DNA of 64,000 bases, taken from contig JBHGNT010000007.1 in the NCBI GenBank assembly GCA_043228905.1, forward strand, positions 1,364,001-1,428,000, read 5' to 3'. The DNA comes from Azolla caroliniana. Taxonomy: Eukaryota; Plantae; Polypodiophyta. A program made the translations under genes and the position numbers. Position 1 is the stretch's first letter. Every line of letters starts with the position of its first letter. This document shows, one piece after another, positions 23,267 through 35,622 of this stretch. The notes under the pieces were generated by a model. The model was not told where the DNA came from. It worked only from the letters and a program-made list of their open reading frames with translations, and searched no databases.

Positions 23267-26200
23267 ATCAAGGTAATCATTGAGGTTTTAGTGATTATGG
23301 TAAATATTTAAGTGTTTAAATTAGCTTCTTCTTCCTTCAATTAGTAGGACATTGACGAAATTACAAAAATAATATCATAACTATATGTCAAATGGGGGAG
23401 TTAAACCAAATGTGAGATTTTTTGGGGGAAATAAATGGGAAAATAACAAATGCCAAAACTCAAATTTGAAAATGGTCATTGCATGTACATAATACAATCG
23501 TAGGAATGCCCCCATTTATATCATTAATGGTAATTTTCTACATTTGCAAGTAATTTTGGGTTGCTTTGTGTATGTGGTGATTGAATGCTTTTGAAATCAA
23601 GCTCAATAGATTGACTTTAAAGCTTTGAATGGTAAAGTACACATTCCATAGGAGAGCATTGAGGCTATAATTTTGAAGAAGACATTGGTGACAACAAATG
23701 GAAATGAATGAAAACTCAATGGCAATTGATTATCAATTAGAAGAGCTCATATGCAATTGGATATCATGCTACATCATATAAGCTAAATGATCTTAATGAA
23801 GTGATGTATGCCTACAATCTTCTGCTTCTCCATTCAACTCACATAATGGGTGGACTCTATTAGAGGCTATATTTCTTATTCTACTGCAAAATTTAACACA
23901 TCAAACCTGTATGTAGCAACTTTTGATAAATGACTTCAATAGACTGACTTCTTCTTGAATCAATATATTAACTAGCATGCAATAATGTCAATTATAGATT
24001 CCCTCATCTTTAGAAGGTGACAACATTTCATCCCCATGTCAATATATTGCCAAAATCAATAAGCCATATAGACTCTCCATATCCACACTATGAAATGAAT
24101 GTATGATTAAAGATGAGCATTTTCCTCCTTATGCTATATGATACAAAGCATGCACCAATGTTAGGGAGCATTTTCCATGATTCATTGCCTAGTGAATCAA
24201 CATCACACGATCCCTTGAAGTTGTAATCATAACCTCCCATTGCTTTCCTAGCCACTTCACGCTCTATACTCAACATAAACCACACAAAGATAACGTGTAA
24301 CGTGGGAAGAATGTATTCCAACGCGTAAACGTAACAAAATAAGCACTCATACCCAGAAACATTTATATATGATCCCTATTACAGCATACAAAATGCCTTA
24401 TGGAAATTAGGGAAGTCATTCATATGCATTTATCTTCTCCCCATCTAGAAAGTTACACAATACATAATCATCAAGATTTTGCACTTACACCATCATCACG
24501 ACCATCTTCTACTTTGGTGCACATACATACATTGATGATACAATATCCAATCTACTCTATTCTATGCGTAAGATTTTGATGAATTGCCAAGTTCAGATAT
24601 ATCAAGTCATAATCAAGTTTCAAACTAACAGAGATATTAAACTAATAAATAAGTTTCATAATGCATAACTATGTTAAACCAATTGTTACAACTAGCCATT
24701 ATGTGTAATGATCAAGTGAAAGGAGGGATTGAGTGTTTTAGATAGGGAGTTGGAGACATAAAGAATGAGATGATGATATATTAACATCCACAACGGGGCA
24801 TGCAACATGATATGTGAGGCCAACAATTGTTATGAAGCACGATCTCATTCCAATCAATTCACTTTGCCATAATTGTGATCAATGTCCACGAGGGACTAAC
24901 AATTGTTCCAAAGCACTCTCTTTTTCTAGCACATGAAAGATGTTTGACAGAAAATTGCACGACATTATTACCCACATATATTCAATAGAATTGTAGCACG
25001 TAACATTTCCTTTTAAGAATGAGCCAGACACACTAGGGTGAGTACATAAACATACAAAGAAGAACAAAAACATGTATGTATGCATACATGCATGTATGTG
25101 TATGGCTCGTGTCTATTTGCACCCAAATAATAAGAGGGGCCTAGTGAGGGAATCATGGCCACAGATGGTGTAGGGCACTTGTCACGGACATGACAACACT
25201 TAGCTAAGGGCACATGCAATTTGCACTATCCGATGTGGGGAAAAAGCGCGCCATCAAAAAATCTTATTTTTGGTCGCCCAACTCAAAGATAGTTGCCCGA
25301 CTTAAATAAGGTGTCGACCGTCTCAGAGGAATTAAGTAAGTAATAAAATAAAATAATACTAGAAGTGAATGGCCTAGTGTTTAGAGCCATTTCTTGGATT
25401 TAATAGGTGAAAGGTTTGAATCTTTGTTCCTTAGTGACAAGCGGGTTCATTTTGCTTTTTGGTCAATTTTGGGGTATTCCAGGTTTTCTTCTTTTATGAC
25501 TTCTTTCTTTTTTAGGGTTTCGGCATTTGGTTTTAGGGTATGTAGTCACTTTACACTTCATTTACATTTAAGGAGCGCTAATAGCGATACTAAGTTTCAA
25601 CACTTTCTTAGTGAAAAAAAAAATACCTTCCTTTGATTAAAATAATTTAAAAGACAATAAGGTGGAGCCTAGCCAATTGTACAAATCTCTTTTCCTTCTT
25701 TATTTGATTTGTGGTAAATTTTGCTTGTGTATGAGGTGGAGTTGCACTTTATCAAACCAAGTAGCTTTCAAGATTGCCTTTGGTGTAATGTAAGTTTGCT
25801 TGTGAAGTTAGTCTTAAACTAGTTTTAAGGCATACAACCATGGTAGATAAAGGTCAAATATATTGTGAAGCCATGGTGATGAGAGTTTATTTGTATGCTG
25901 ATCAACATGCGAGAATGGAAGAAGATGGAGGAACATTGGGTCTTAGCCAATGATCACATGAGATGGGAAGAAGAGTCATGTATGTGTGTGTGTCCACCGT
26001 TCTTTGTAGTCTTCTACTTTGAGTCTTTGAGTTTTTTATTGGCCTATCATGGCCACAACTTTTACGATGTTGTCAGACTAATCATTTTCTCATGTATGAA
26101 GAATTTATACTAATGAAGAATATTGTTTGGGAAAAAAAGAAAACTAGTTTTAAGGCAATATGTTAAGGAACTCCTAAGTTAAAAACAATATGTTGGCTTC

Positions 26201-29200
26201 ATCAAACAATGGCATTGTACAAAAAAAACGATGCTATTTCTATTCATAAGGTAATTGATGGGTGTGTAATGCTAGTTCTCAAGGGGTATTCAATGCAAGT
26301 TCTTGGACAAGCAGGAGTGCTTTTCATAATATTGCAAATTTAAGGGGCACACTAGTGACAATTGTGAAGTTACGAGGTGTAACTTATGATAGCATCCTTC
26401 ATATGAGGAATTTCCTTTTGACAATTATCCATACTATGAGTGGCATGCTCTTTTGATATTATCCCTACTACGAGGGAGGGGTATGTTGTTAATCCTAGGG
26501 CCGGACAACAGCCTAACACAGGGTGTCCACTTAAGACACTTCACCAAAGGGTGTTACAACAGGATGATTTACGACACAACGTTTAATTAGACCTTAATTG
26601 ATTACTTAGCAACACATCATTAACACGCGTAAGATATAACAATGAGTACAGAACGGTAATTAATACTGAAAGATTAAGGCAATAAGTTCTATTAATTATC
26701 CGTTGTCGATTACATTGTAATCGGGCCTTTATATAGGTCTCCGGTGCAAAGTACAAAACGGTGCCAACCGGCACCTTTTCGGGATCGGTCCAGATCCGGA
26801 TCGGCATACTGATTCCGGTCTGTCCGTCCACATCTTCTCATATATTAATATATATTAAGACTACTAATTACAATAGTTCCCGATATAAACTATTCCTTTC
26901 ACACTCTAGTTTGGACCTTCTTAAGCCTTCTTGCCAGCCGGGTAACACATGGCACATCTGTGGGACAATACCTTGTACGTCGAACCCATTATCCGACCCT
27001 TTTACGCTTCATCCAAAATGTCCAGAATGCTTTGCTCCAGAATTTCCAATGGCTCGTCGGGAATCTGTTGTTGTTGCTGTGGCGGCTGTTCCGTTTGTGG
27101 TTGTGGCTGCTCCGTTTGGGGCTACGGCTCTGTTTGTCGCTCTGGCACCGACGTTTCCTTCGTTGGTTCCTCCATCGGAGTTGTCTCTGGCTGACTGACC
27201 CCGGCCTGGTCCCCATCTGGTCCTTGTACCGGCGACGGTTCCTCATCACTAAGGTTTATCGTTGCCGCCTTCCTCGCTTTTTCTTCCCGAAGTCGGGACC
27301 GCTCGTAGCTCTCAAATTGGATTTGAACCTCCAGCCGATCGTCGTCCAGTTGAGCTACGAGTTGCCGGATCTGCAACAATTGTTCATCCGCCAGGGTTGT
27401 GAAATCTTCGGCCAGCTCATCCCTTATGGCGGTGAAGTCCTCCGATGTCAACGTATAATAGTCGTCACCCTCCTTCTGCCAATTTTCCACGTTCGCCCTG
27501 AGCAATTGGAGTTCCATCGTATTCTGCGCCCATTTCGTCCACCATCGCACAGAGCTCTCGTCAATCAAGCTTTTGGTCTTGGTGAGCCATGACCGGAGGA
27601 TGCACCGGATCCGTTCGGTTCCCATCCGTGATTTGTTCTCTACGGCTTGTCGCTCCTTTAATTGCTTGATGATTCGTACCGTGTCCACCTCCTGCTCCCT
27701 ATAATGCGACAATTGACTTTGATAGGTTGTTTGCAACCTTTGTAACACCATTGTCGCCCTTTCCTTTTCTTCATGGTTCTGCTTGTGGAGCTCCATCCGG
27801 TCCATCGCCGCTTCCTCCAATAGCTTGGAACTCTCAGCGACGAGTGTCGTTGTGGCCCTATCAACTTCTTGCCAGAGCTCAACCATCCGTTCCTGCTGTT
27901 GCTTATACTCCGTCTCCAGCTGCTTGTAGTCCCGGTGCAGATGATCAAAATCATCGGTCTTCTGCTTCAGCCTCTGGTTGATCTGCCGGTGCGTGCGGTC
28001 CTCCCGATCCTTCTGTTGACGGAGTTCTTCCTTCAGCCTTTCGATTTTCGTCTCCGCCATCCGTCGCAGCTTGTCTTTCTCTTGCAACAATTTCTCTTTT
28101 TCCTCCTTTAGCCGGTCGTACGCGTGATGTCCTTTACGCAGGTTTTCCTCTGCCCTGCGGAGGTTCTCAACGGTCTTCTTTAATTTTTCTTTGGCCGCCT
28201 TCTTCAAGTCGCGTTCGCGGCTCCGTAATGCTTCTTGTGCGGCAAGTTCGTCTCGTAATTCCGCAACCTCTTGGGCTTGCGCCGCATCTTTCTCCAGGAC
28301 AGTTTCCATCTCCAGGTTCTTATTCATATGTACATCAACCGAAGTCACCGGTGCTTGGATCTGCGTTGCGGTTAAGGCCATTTTGGCCATGTCTTCGGTA
28401 ATCCGATCCAAGTCTTGTTCGAGGCTCCGAATCCTTGACCGGGCCGTCTCCAGTTCATCGGTTGTGACGAACAACCGTTCCGTTTGCGCTCTTTCTTCCA
28501 CCTCTATGCATCCGACTACTCCGGCAATTTGTTCTCCTATCCACCGGAGCCATTGGCTGCCGGTGCACAGTTGTTGCGTCTGCACGGGGGGTTGGCTGAT
28601 GGGTTCACTTACCGGTGGCTGGTCCCGCCTTACTGCGTCGAGTTGCACTTCTAGTTCTGCATGCTGACCACTTTGCCGTTCCGGATTTGGGTGTGTTTCG
28701 GCTAGCCGCCCCTTGTCTGCTTGTTCTTGGCCGGCTGAGGAGGTTGGCCTTTGTATGACTGGCTCTTGAGTTACGGGGCTTGCCGATGCTGCCTGTTGTG
28801 CAGGGACTTCTGTGACTGGTTCCATCCGAACCGGTTCTGGTGCATCCCTTGGCGTGGGATGCTCAGTATGAGTTGCGAGCGTTCCATCCTTCTGTGGGTC
28901 CGAACACTTCCCGGCTGATTCAACGGTGCTCTTCACCGGCCGCCGCTGGAGGTGCTCCGTGGGTTTTTCCTCCATTTCCTCCGCCTGAGTCCCGACATTC
29001 ATTCTTGCCGCCAGGATGTCCGTTTCTTGCTGCACCGGTCGGTGGAGTGGGCTCCTCAGGGGCCGTGCCGGTGTCTCCTCGTGTGTGTCCGTTGGCCGCT
29101 TCCGGCTGGCGCGCTCCTTTGCTACCTTCTCTGTGTCGGCCGTCTTCCCCTTAGTGGCCTTGGAGGCCAACAACTGTTGCCGTTTAAAAACAGGTTTCGA

Positions 29201-29735
29201 GGTGCCGTCCGTTGCTCTTCCCCGCTTCTTGGTATGGACAGGCTCGACCGGTGGCGCCAATAGGATGAGCCATTGCATCACCGCATGCCATATTTTCCGG
29301 CCTTCCTTGCAGTCCTTTCCTCTTACGATATCAATAGTCGTACACAACCTGTCGACGATCAGCACTGGCCAATCCACCTTGACCCCTTCGTACGTCGCGA
29401 TAATCAAGCCTGCTTGGTTCTGAGGCATAACGGGGGGTCGAGGGTATACGTGGCCGAACTCATGGAGTACACGGGCAATTTCGCGGAATAACATGCCTTC
29501 GCCGCCCTGTGTCCTGTGTCTTGTAGCCTTTGCTGGTGAGAGAATACTCACTGAAATATTTGATGAGCTGCTCGGAGGTAGGATTGTCGATCGTGTAGAT
29601 GCCCCCTTTCGGAAGGCCTGTTAACACATGGATCGCCTCCTCCGTGATCACCTCTGTGTCAATTTCTTTGATAATCTTTTTGGCCTCCTTGTGTGGCGCC
29701 GCCTCCATGATCGTCAAGAAACCCTCCAGCCCGTG

Positions 29736-32700
29736 TGTTGGAGACGAGGTCGTCTATGCGGAAGATCAAGAAGCATTCGGTTGGTGATTGATACCTGCGT
29801 ATGACAGTCTCTAGGTCGTTGCACAGAGAGAGAGAGAGAGAGAGAGACACAAAAGATTTTCTATTCCATAGAAACAATAATACAACACCCAACCTTACAA
29901 AGAGGTTACAAGGTCACTATATATAGTGACCGACTTAGGGCAACTACCCTTTATGCTAATTACACAAATGGCCTAAAGGGATAGTGTGAATACGTCCATT
30001 ATACACTTGTATTCGACACTCCTCCGTAATGGGCGTATACATGGGTTATCTAAGATTACAGGTATAGACTTAGGTTCTCGGACATATCAGCTTTGTTCGA
30101 GTCGGCAGGGTCCGAAGGCAGAAGACCGAACTGGTCGGGTCGGAACAGTTGAAGCCGATCATTAAGGAACTGATGTCGGTTGTCGGGAACCATCCTGCTC
30201 TGTGTCCGGCTCTAACCAGACTGGTTTGTCGTTACGCCCATCTGAAGCCGAAGAGACCGAAAGCGGTCTGCCGAAAGACACTTGGTCATTCCATTTGCGA
30301 CATTGTCGGTTGTGGATATTTTCTCTAGACCGATTTTCCCTGAAATGACGCAGTCCCGAACGAAGTGATATCGAACGTCGATATGTTTGGAGGCGTTGTG
30401 GTGAACCGGATTTTTCGACAAGGCAACAGCACCTTGACTGTCGCTGTAGACAACTGGAGCCGAGTCATGGTCGACTTGTCGAAACGTGTGCGCCAGCCGA
30501 CCGAGCCACAAAGCTTCTTTTGCTGCGTCGGACGCAGCTACATATCCTGCTTCGGTCGTTGAGGTCGCTGTGCACTCCTGAAGTTTCGACTTCCACGAGA
30601 TTGCTCCATTGCCGAATTTGAAGCAGTATCCGGTTGTTGATTTCCGACTGTCTATACAGCCGGCGAAGTCCGAGTCGGTGTAACCGACTACGCCTGAGGT
30701 TCGGTTCGGACCGAAAAGAATGCCATGGTCTTTTGTGCCAGCCAGATATCTGAACACATGCTTGACTGCGTTCCAATGCGATCGGCCAGGATTTTGCATA
30801 AATCTGCTAACGACTCCTACGGCATGAGAAATATCAGGCCGTGTCGCGACCATCAGGTACATAAGGGAGCCGACTGCCGGTGCATACGGTACCGACTTCA
30901 TATCTTCCCCCTCCGGGCTGGATGTCGGGCAGTCTCGCTGAGAGAGCCGAAGATTCATTGGGAGCGGGGTTGAAGCAGATTTGGCTGATTGCATGTTGAA
31001 GCGTTCCAAGACACGTCGGATATAGTCGGTCTGAGACAAAAAAAGATGTCGTTTATCGCGATGCCGACTAATCTTCATGCCGAGTATGTGTCGTGCCGGA
31101 CCGAGGTCCTTCATGGCAAACTTCAACCGCAGTTGCCGAATGAGATCGGCAAGTTCGCCTGCGTGGCGTCCAGAAATTAGCATGTCGTCCACGTAAATGA
31201 TGAGGAAGATGGGTGATCCATCTTGAGCTGTGTTGGTGAAGAGACAATGGTCCTCATCGCTTTTGGAGAAGCCGATCGATTGGATGAAGTCGTCGAACTT
31301 CTTGTACCATTGTCGCGGTGCCTGTTTGAGGCCGTATAGACTCTTCCTGAGTCGGCAGACTAGATGTTCTTGGCCAAATGCCACGAAGCCTTTTGGCTGT
31401 TCCATATAAATTTCCTCCTCGAGATCACCATGGAGGAAGGCTGTTTTGACATCTAGCTAAATCAGCTCCAAGTTGTCGGCTGCCACTACGCCGAGTAGAA
31501 AACGAAGGGTTGTCATTTTCACCACTGGTGAAAAAATCTCGTCGAAGTCGACGCCATATTCTTGTCGGAAGCCCTTCGCAACTAATCTGGCCTTATACTT
31601 TGGGGTGGTCGAATCAGACGTCTCTTTTAGTCGATAAACCCACTTGCAAGGAAGAGCACGTCGGTTCTTAGGTAATTCGACCAGATCCCAAGTCTTGTTT
31701 GCCCGAATGGAGTGCATTTCCGACTCCATCGCCAGATGCCAGGTGGCTGAATCGACAGATGTCGATGCTTCTTCATAAGACGTCGGTTCGCCGGCGTCGG
31801 TGAAGAAAATTCCAGGAGAGTACCTCTCCGGAGGTTGCGACAGTCTCTCGGATCGTCGAGGTATGATTGGACTGGTCGCATCGGGTATTGTGGTCGGATG
31901 GTCCGAAAGCGAATTGTTCTGCTGTGCCGAGTCGGAGTTGTCCGAGTCGGTAGTGTAAGGTTCAGCTACCCGTGAAGCTGACCGTGTGTTGAGAGCGGGG
32001 CCTTCTTGAAGGGTCGGCACATCGGAAAATGTTACCCTTCGGACTTCGATCGGTTTTTCGACTGATGGATTCATAGCCGACTCGTTGAACACAACGTCCG
32101 AACTTCGGACGATTTGTCTGCGTTCGGGATCCCAGAGTCGGTATCCCATTTCGCCGTCGGATCCATATCCAAGGAAAATGCATTTCCTGGACCGAGGTGC
32201 AAGTTTTCGGCGATCATCTTTCGGAATAAGGGCGTACGCCTCGCATCCGAAGATCCTCAGCTTGTCGTAATTCGGCTTACTGCCGATCCATAGTTCCTGA
32301 GGAATTTGAAGTCCTAGAGGTCTACTTGGCGACATATTGATTATGTGTACTGCCGTGAGTAGAGCCTCTGCCCAGAAGCCATCCGACAGTCCGGAGTGTT
32401 GGAGCATGGAAACTATCCTTTCTTGGATTGTCCGATTCATTCGTTCTGCAATCCCGTTTTGCTCCGGACTGTGTGGTGCCGTAAATTCACGTCGGATGCC
32501 GCGTTGTCGGCAGAATTTGACGAATTCATCGGATTTGAACTCTCCCCCATTGTCGGTCCGAAAGCATTTCAGTTTTCGGTCGGTTTGATTTTCTACCATA
32601 GCGAGCCAATCTGAGAAGATCGAGAAGACCCGATCTTTGGTGCGAATCGGATAAGCCCACACCTTTCGAGTCGAATCGTCAATAAAAGTGACGAAGTAAG

Positions 32701-35183
32701 AGGCACCGCCGAGAGACTGATGCGGCATTGGGCCACAGACGTCCGAGTGGACCAAATCGAGAGGTCTCGTTTCTCTTGGTGCTGATGTCGGGTGTGATGC
32801 GGCTGCTTGTTTGCCATACTGGCAATGCTCGCAGAATTGGTGGTCGGAGAAGGAGAGTTTAGGGATGTATCCGGCTCTAGATAGATGCGTAATGCCGGCC
32901 TTGCTGAGGTGTCCTAATCTTCTGTGCCATAGTGATGACACAGGAATATCCACCAAAAACAGGTTACCCTCTCTGAGCGTAACATGTAACGGATACAGTG
33001 AGTGTATCTTGGGTCCTCTAGCAAGCAGGAGGTTCCCCCTGTGGAGTGTCCACCCTCCCGAAGAAAAACCGGCACGAATGCCGTCTTCATCTAGTTGTCC
33101 GACGGAGATCAATGGCCTTGAGAGCTCGGGTACATGTCGGACATTGTGGAGTACAAGTGTAGAGCCACCTGCAAGGTTGAGCTCTACTGTGCCGATTCCG
33201 ATGATGTCACAGTGTTGTGAGTTGCCGACTCGAACTGAGTCGGAGTGACGGATCGTATATTGCCGAAATTGGGATCGATGAGGAGTCACGTGAAATGACG
33301 CGCCCGAATCTAAGAGCCATGTGCTCGACTCTTCAGTCGTGAGTAGGACTTCTGATCCGACTGGATTTTCGATTGATAGTATATTCGGGTCGTCTGGTAG
33401 CACATCAGCTGAGAAGCTGACGTAATTGATCTCCTCATGCCGGCCACTCTTCTTGTTGTTCTTGTTCTTGAGTGCGCGGCAGTCGGCTTTGATGTGTCCG
33501 GGTTTCTTGCAATAGTTGCAGATTCGGTTATCCCGTGACTGGCTCCGTCTTCGCTGATTGTTCGGCGGTCGTGAGGAATCTCTTCCTCGTATGTTCGATC
33601 GGTCTGTCGAACCTTGTACTACATAAGCGTCGTCTGTTGAGTCTTTGGCGAAAGACTTTCTCCGAGCTGCTTCGGTCAGGATTGCACTCGTGACTTCGGA
33701 GTATTTAACAGCCGTGGTTGACGCGTTGCACACGGTTGTGACGAAAGTTTCCCATGATGAGGGAAGGCTACTCATGAGTATCATTGCTCTGAGTTCGTCC
33801 TCGATTGCCGTCCCCTGTGACGAGATTTGGGAGCTTATGCTTTCGTACTCATTGAGGTGTGCTTGAACCGAGTCGGATTCTTTCATCCGCAAGTTGTAGA
33901 GGCGCCGGATCAGAAACATCTTTGTTGCGGCGACCTTCTTTTCGTAGGTGTCCGACAGTGTTTTCCACAGTTCGAATGCTGTCGTACACGATTGCACCGT
34001 AAAGTATACCGATTCCGATAGGTGCATCCGAATCGTGGCGCGGACGATTCTGTCCAACTTCTGCCACTCAATTGGTTTGTATCCTTCTGGAGGTTCTTCA
34101 TTTTCGATGGGATCGATTTGCCCCTTGACTATGAGATAGTCCTGCATTTGCTCCTTCCAGAAGTTGAAGTTCGATCCATCGAACTTTCGTAGACTCATTT
34201 CTGACGAGCCGGATGTTGATGCCATCAAATTTGGTTTCGGTTGACGAAGCTCGGTTCGGAGTTGACTACGAGCCTTGTTGGAGTGCAGCCGGTTGGCTCA
34301 CCCGATATCGTTCTAGTCGGATTTGAACCCGAGTCGGTTCGGCTTCGGAACTTGCTCGAATTGACTCCGATAGCTTGAGGGACAGAACCGACTGGTCTTC
34401 CCGAATGTTGCCGAGTCGGAGTGAGCCCGGTTCGCTTCGGATATATATGCCGAACACCGATTATTGAAACCGATTATCTAGACCGATTCTGCTTCGGTTG
34501 ACTGCAGCGACGAGAGAGACGGATCCAACTGATCCTCCCGAATGTCGATCAGCCAGATGAAGCACGAATTTGGGGTTGTTGTCTTGAGACCGATCTGCAC
34601 CGAGTGGTTACAATGAGCGGCGTTTGATTACCTCTTCGGATGCCGTTTAACCGAGTGGAGCACGATCGTGTCAATGTTGCACAAGGGGACTTCACCTCGA
34701 GCGGTTACGATCACAAGAAACAGAGTACAACCGACTGGCTTACTCCAAGCGAAGATGATCTAACGCGATGAGATGCAAGCCTCGTTTCTCTTCTTCTTCT
34801 CTCTTCTTCGAATGACGCACGAAACCGAATGCTGTGCAGGCTGAGACGACGGCCGACAGCAGATTGAAGGACCGACTACTGTGCAAGCTCTGATACCAGA
34901 TGTTGGAGACGAGGTCGTCTATGCGGAAGATCAAGAAGCATTCGGTTGGTGATTGATACCTGCGTATGACAGTCTCTAGGTCGTTGCACAGAGAGAGAGA
35001 GAGAGAGAGAGACACAAAAGATTTTCTATTCCATAGAAACAATAATACAACACCCAACCTTACAAAGAGGTTACAAGGTCACTATATATAGTGACCGACT
35101 TAGGGCAACTACCCTTTATGCTAATTACACAAATGGCCTAAAGGGATAGTGTGAATACGTCCATTATACACTTGTATTCGACA
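29736..35183 (-). mobile_element. Full-length Ty1/copia LTR retrotransposon, recent insertion
   Basis: 283-bp LTRs at 29736-30018 and 34901-35183 with no difference seen by eye. TSD CCGTG at 29731-29735 and 35184-35188. PBS TGGTATCAGAGC (34898-34887, tRNA-iMet). Short purine tract GGAGGAG next to the 3' LTR. Confidence 0.97.
30212..34225 (-). CDS. copia gag-PR-INT-RT-RH polyprotein with one premature TAG (31459-31457)
   Basis: CNYCKKPGHIKADC knuckle, WLLDSGAS protease, HSDVCGP/RTDNGGEF/QNGIAERMN integrase, ELI*LDVKTAFLHGDL and IYVDDM RT, GYTDSDFAG...KHIDVRYHFVRD RNase H. The frame is the same on both sides of the stop. Confidence 0.93.
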
Positions 35184-35622
35184 CCGTGTTGCCGTAGCCA
35201 TTTCTTGGCGGCTTTAGACAGTGTTTGGCAGTCCATCTTTGCGTCGAGGTTGGAGAGCATTGGCGAGGTTTGATGGTGGGGAGAGTGTGAGAGAGAAAGT
35301 TCTGAGTGAGGGGGTTCTTTGTGTGCGGGCTCTCTTCAATTGATCTTCACGCGTCTGTTCTCCTTGAATCGTGAAAGGAGAAGGTCTCGATGCGTGGGGG
35401 TTTTTCTCTCTGCATCTTGGCGCCTTTTTTGAGCCTCCGCATGTGCAGGTCGTGTACTATAATAGTATTGCGCGCCATGTGGCAGTGGTTTAATGTCCTA
35501 TTCATAGCATCCTCTTAACTTTTCGACGTGCCTCTTTACTCCTCGTTTGCATGGCCGTTTCCACCACTCCTTTCCATGATGTCTTTGATTCGCTTTTTTT
35601 TTTTGTAAAATTAATTGTGTGG

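Larger units (their letters stand above)
27002..35260 (-). pseudogene. gypsy accessory ORF (about 930 aa when reconstructed; putative plant-transposon-protein-like N-terminus, Pro/Gln/Thr-rich linker, long coiled coil), split by the copia insertion
   Basis: ATG at 35260 (MLSNLDAKMDCQTLSKAAKKWLRQHG) continues in frame across the copia TSD into LEGFLTIMEAAP... A 7-bp duplication (GACACAG twice, about 29507-29520) shifts the frame into the 809-aa ORF. The TAG at 27124-27122 is followed in frame by PQTEQP...ILDEA* ending at 27002. Confidence 0.8.

Noticed and set aside
22150-24340. Short minus-strand ORFs that might be decayed transposase
   Set aside because: No diagnostic motif, terminal repeat or TSD could be recognised.
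31457-31465. TAG-CTAG as a programmed readthrough signal in copia RT
   Set aside because: It falls inside a conserved RT motif where Gln (CAG) is expected. A single C-to-T change is simpler, and the following CTA GAT simply encodes the conserved Leu-Asp.
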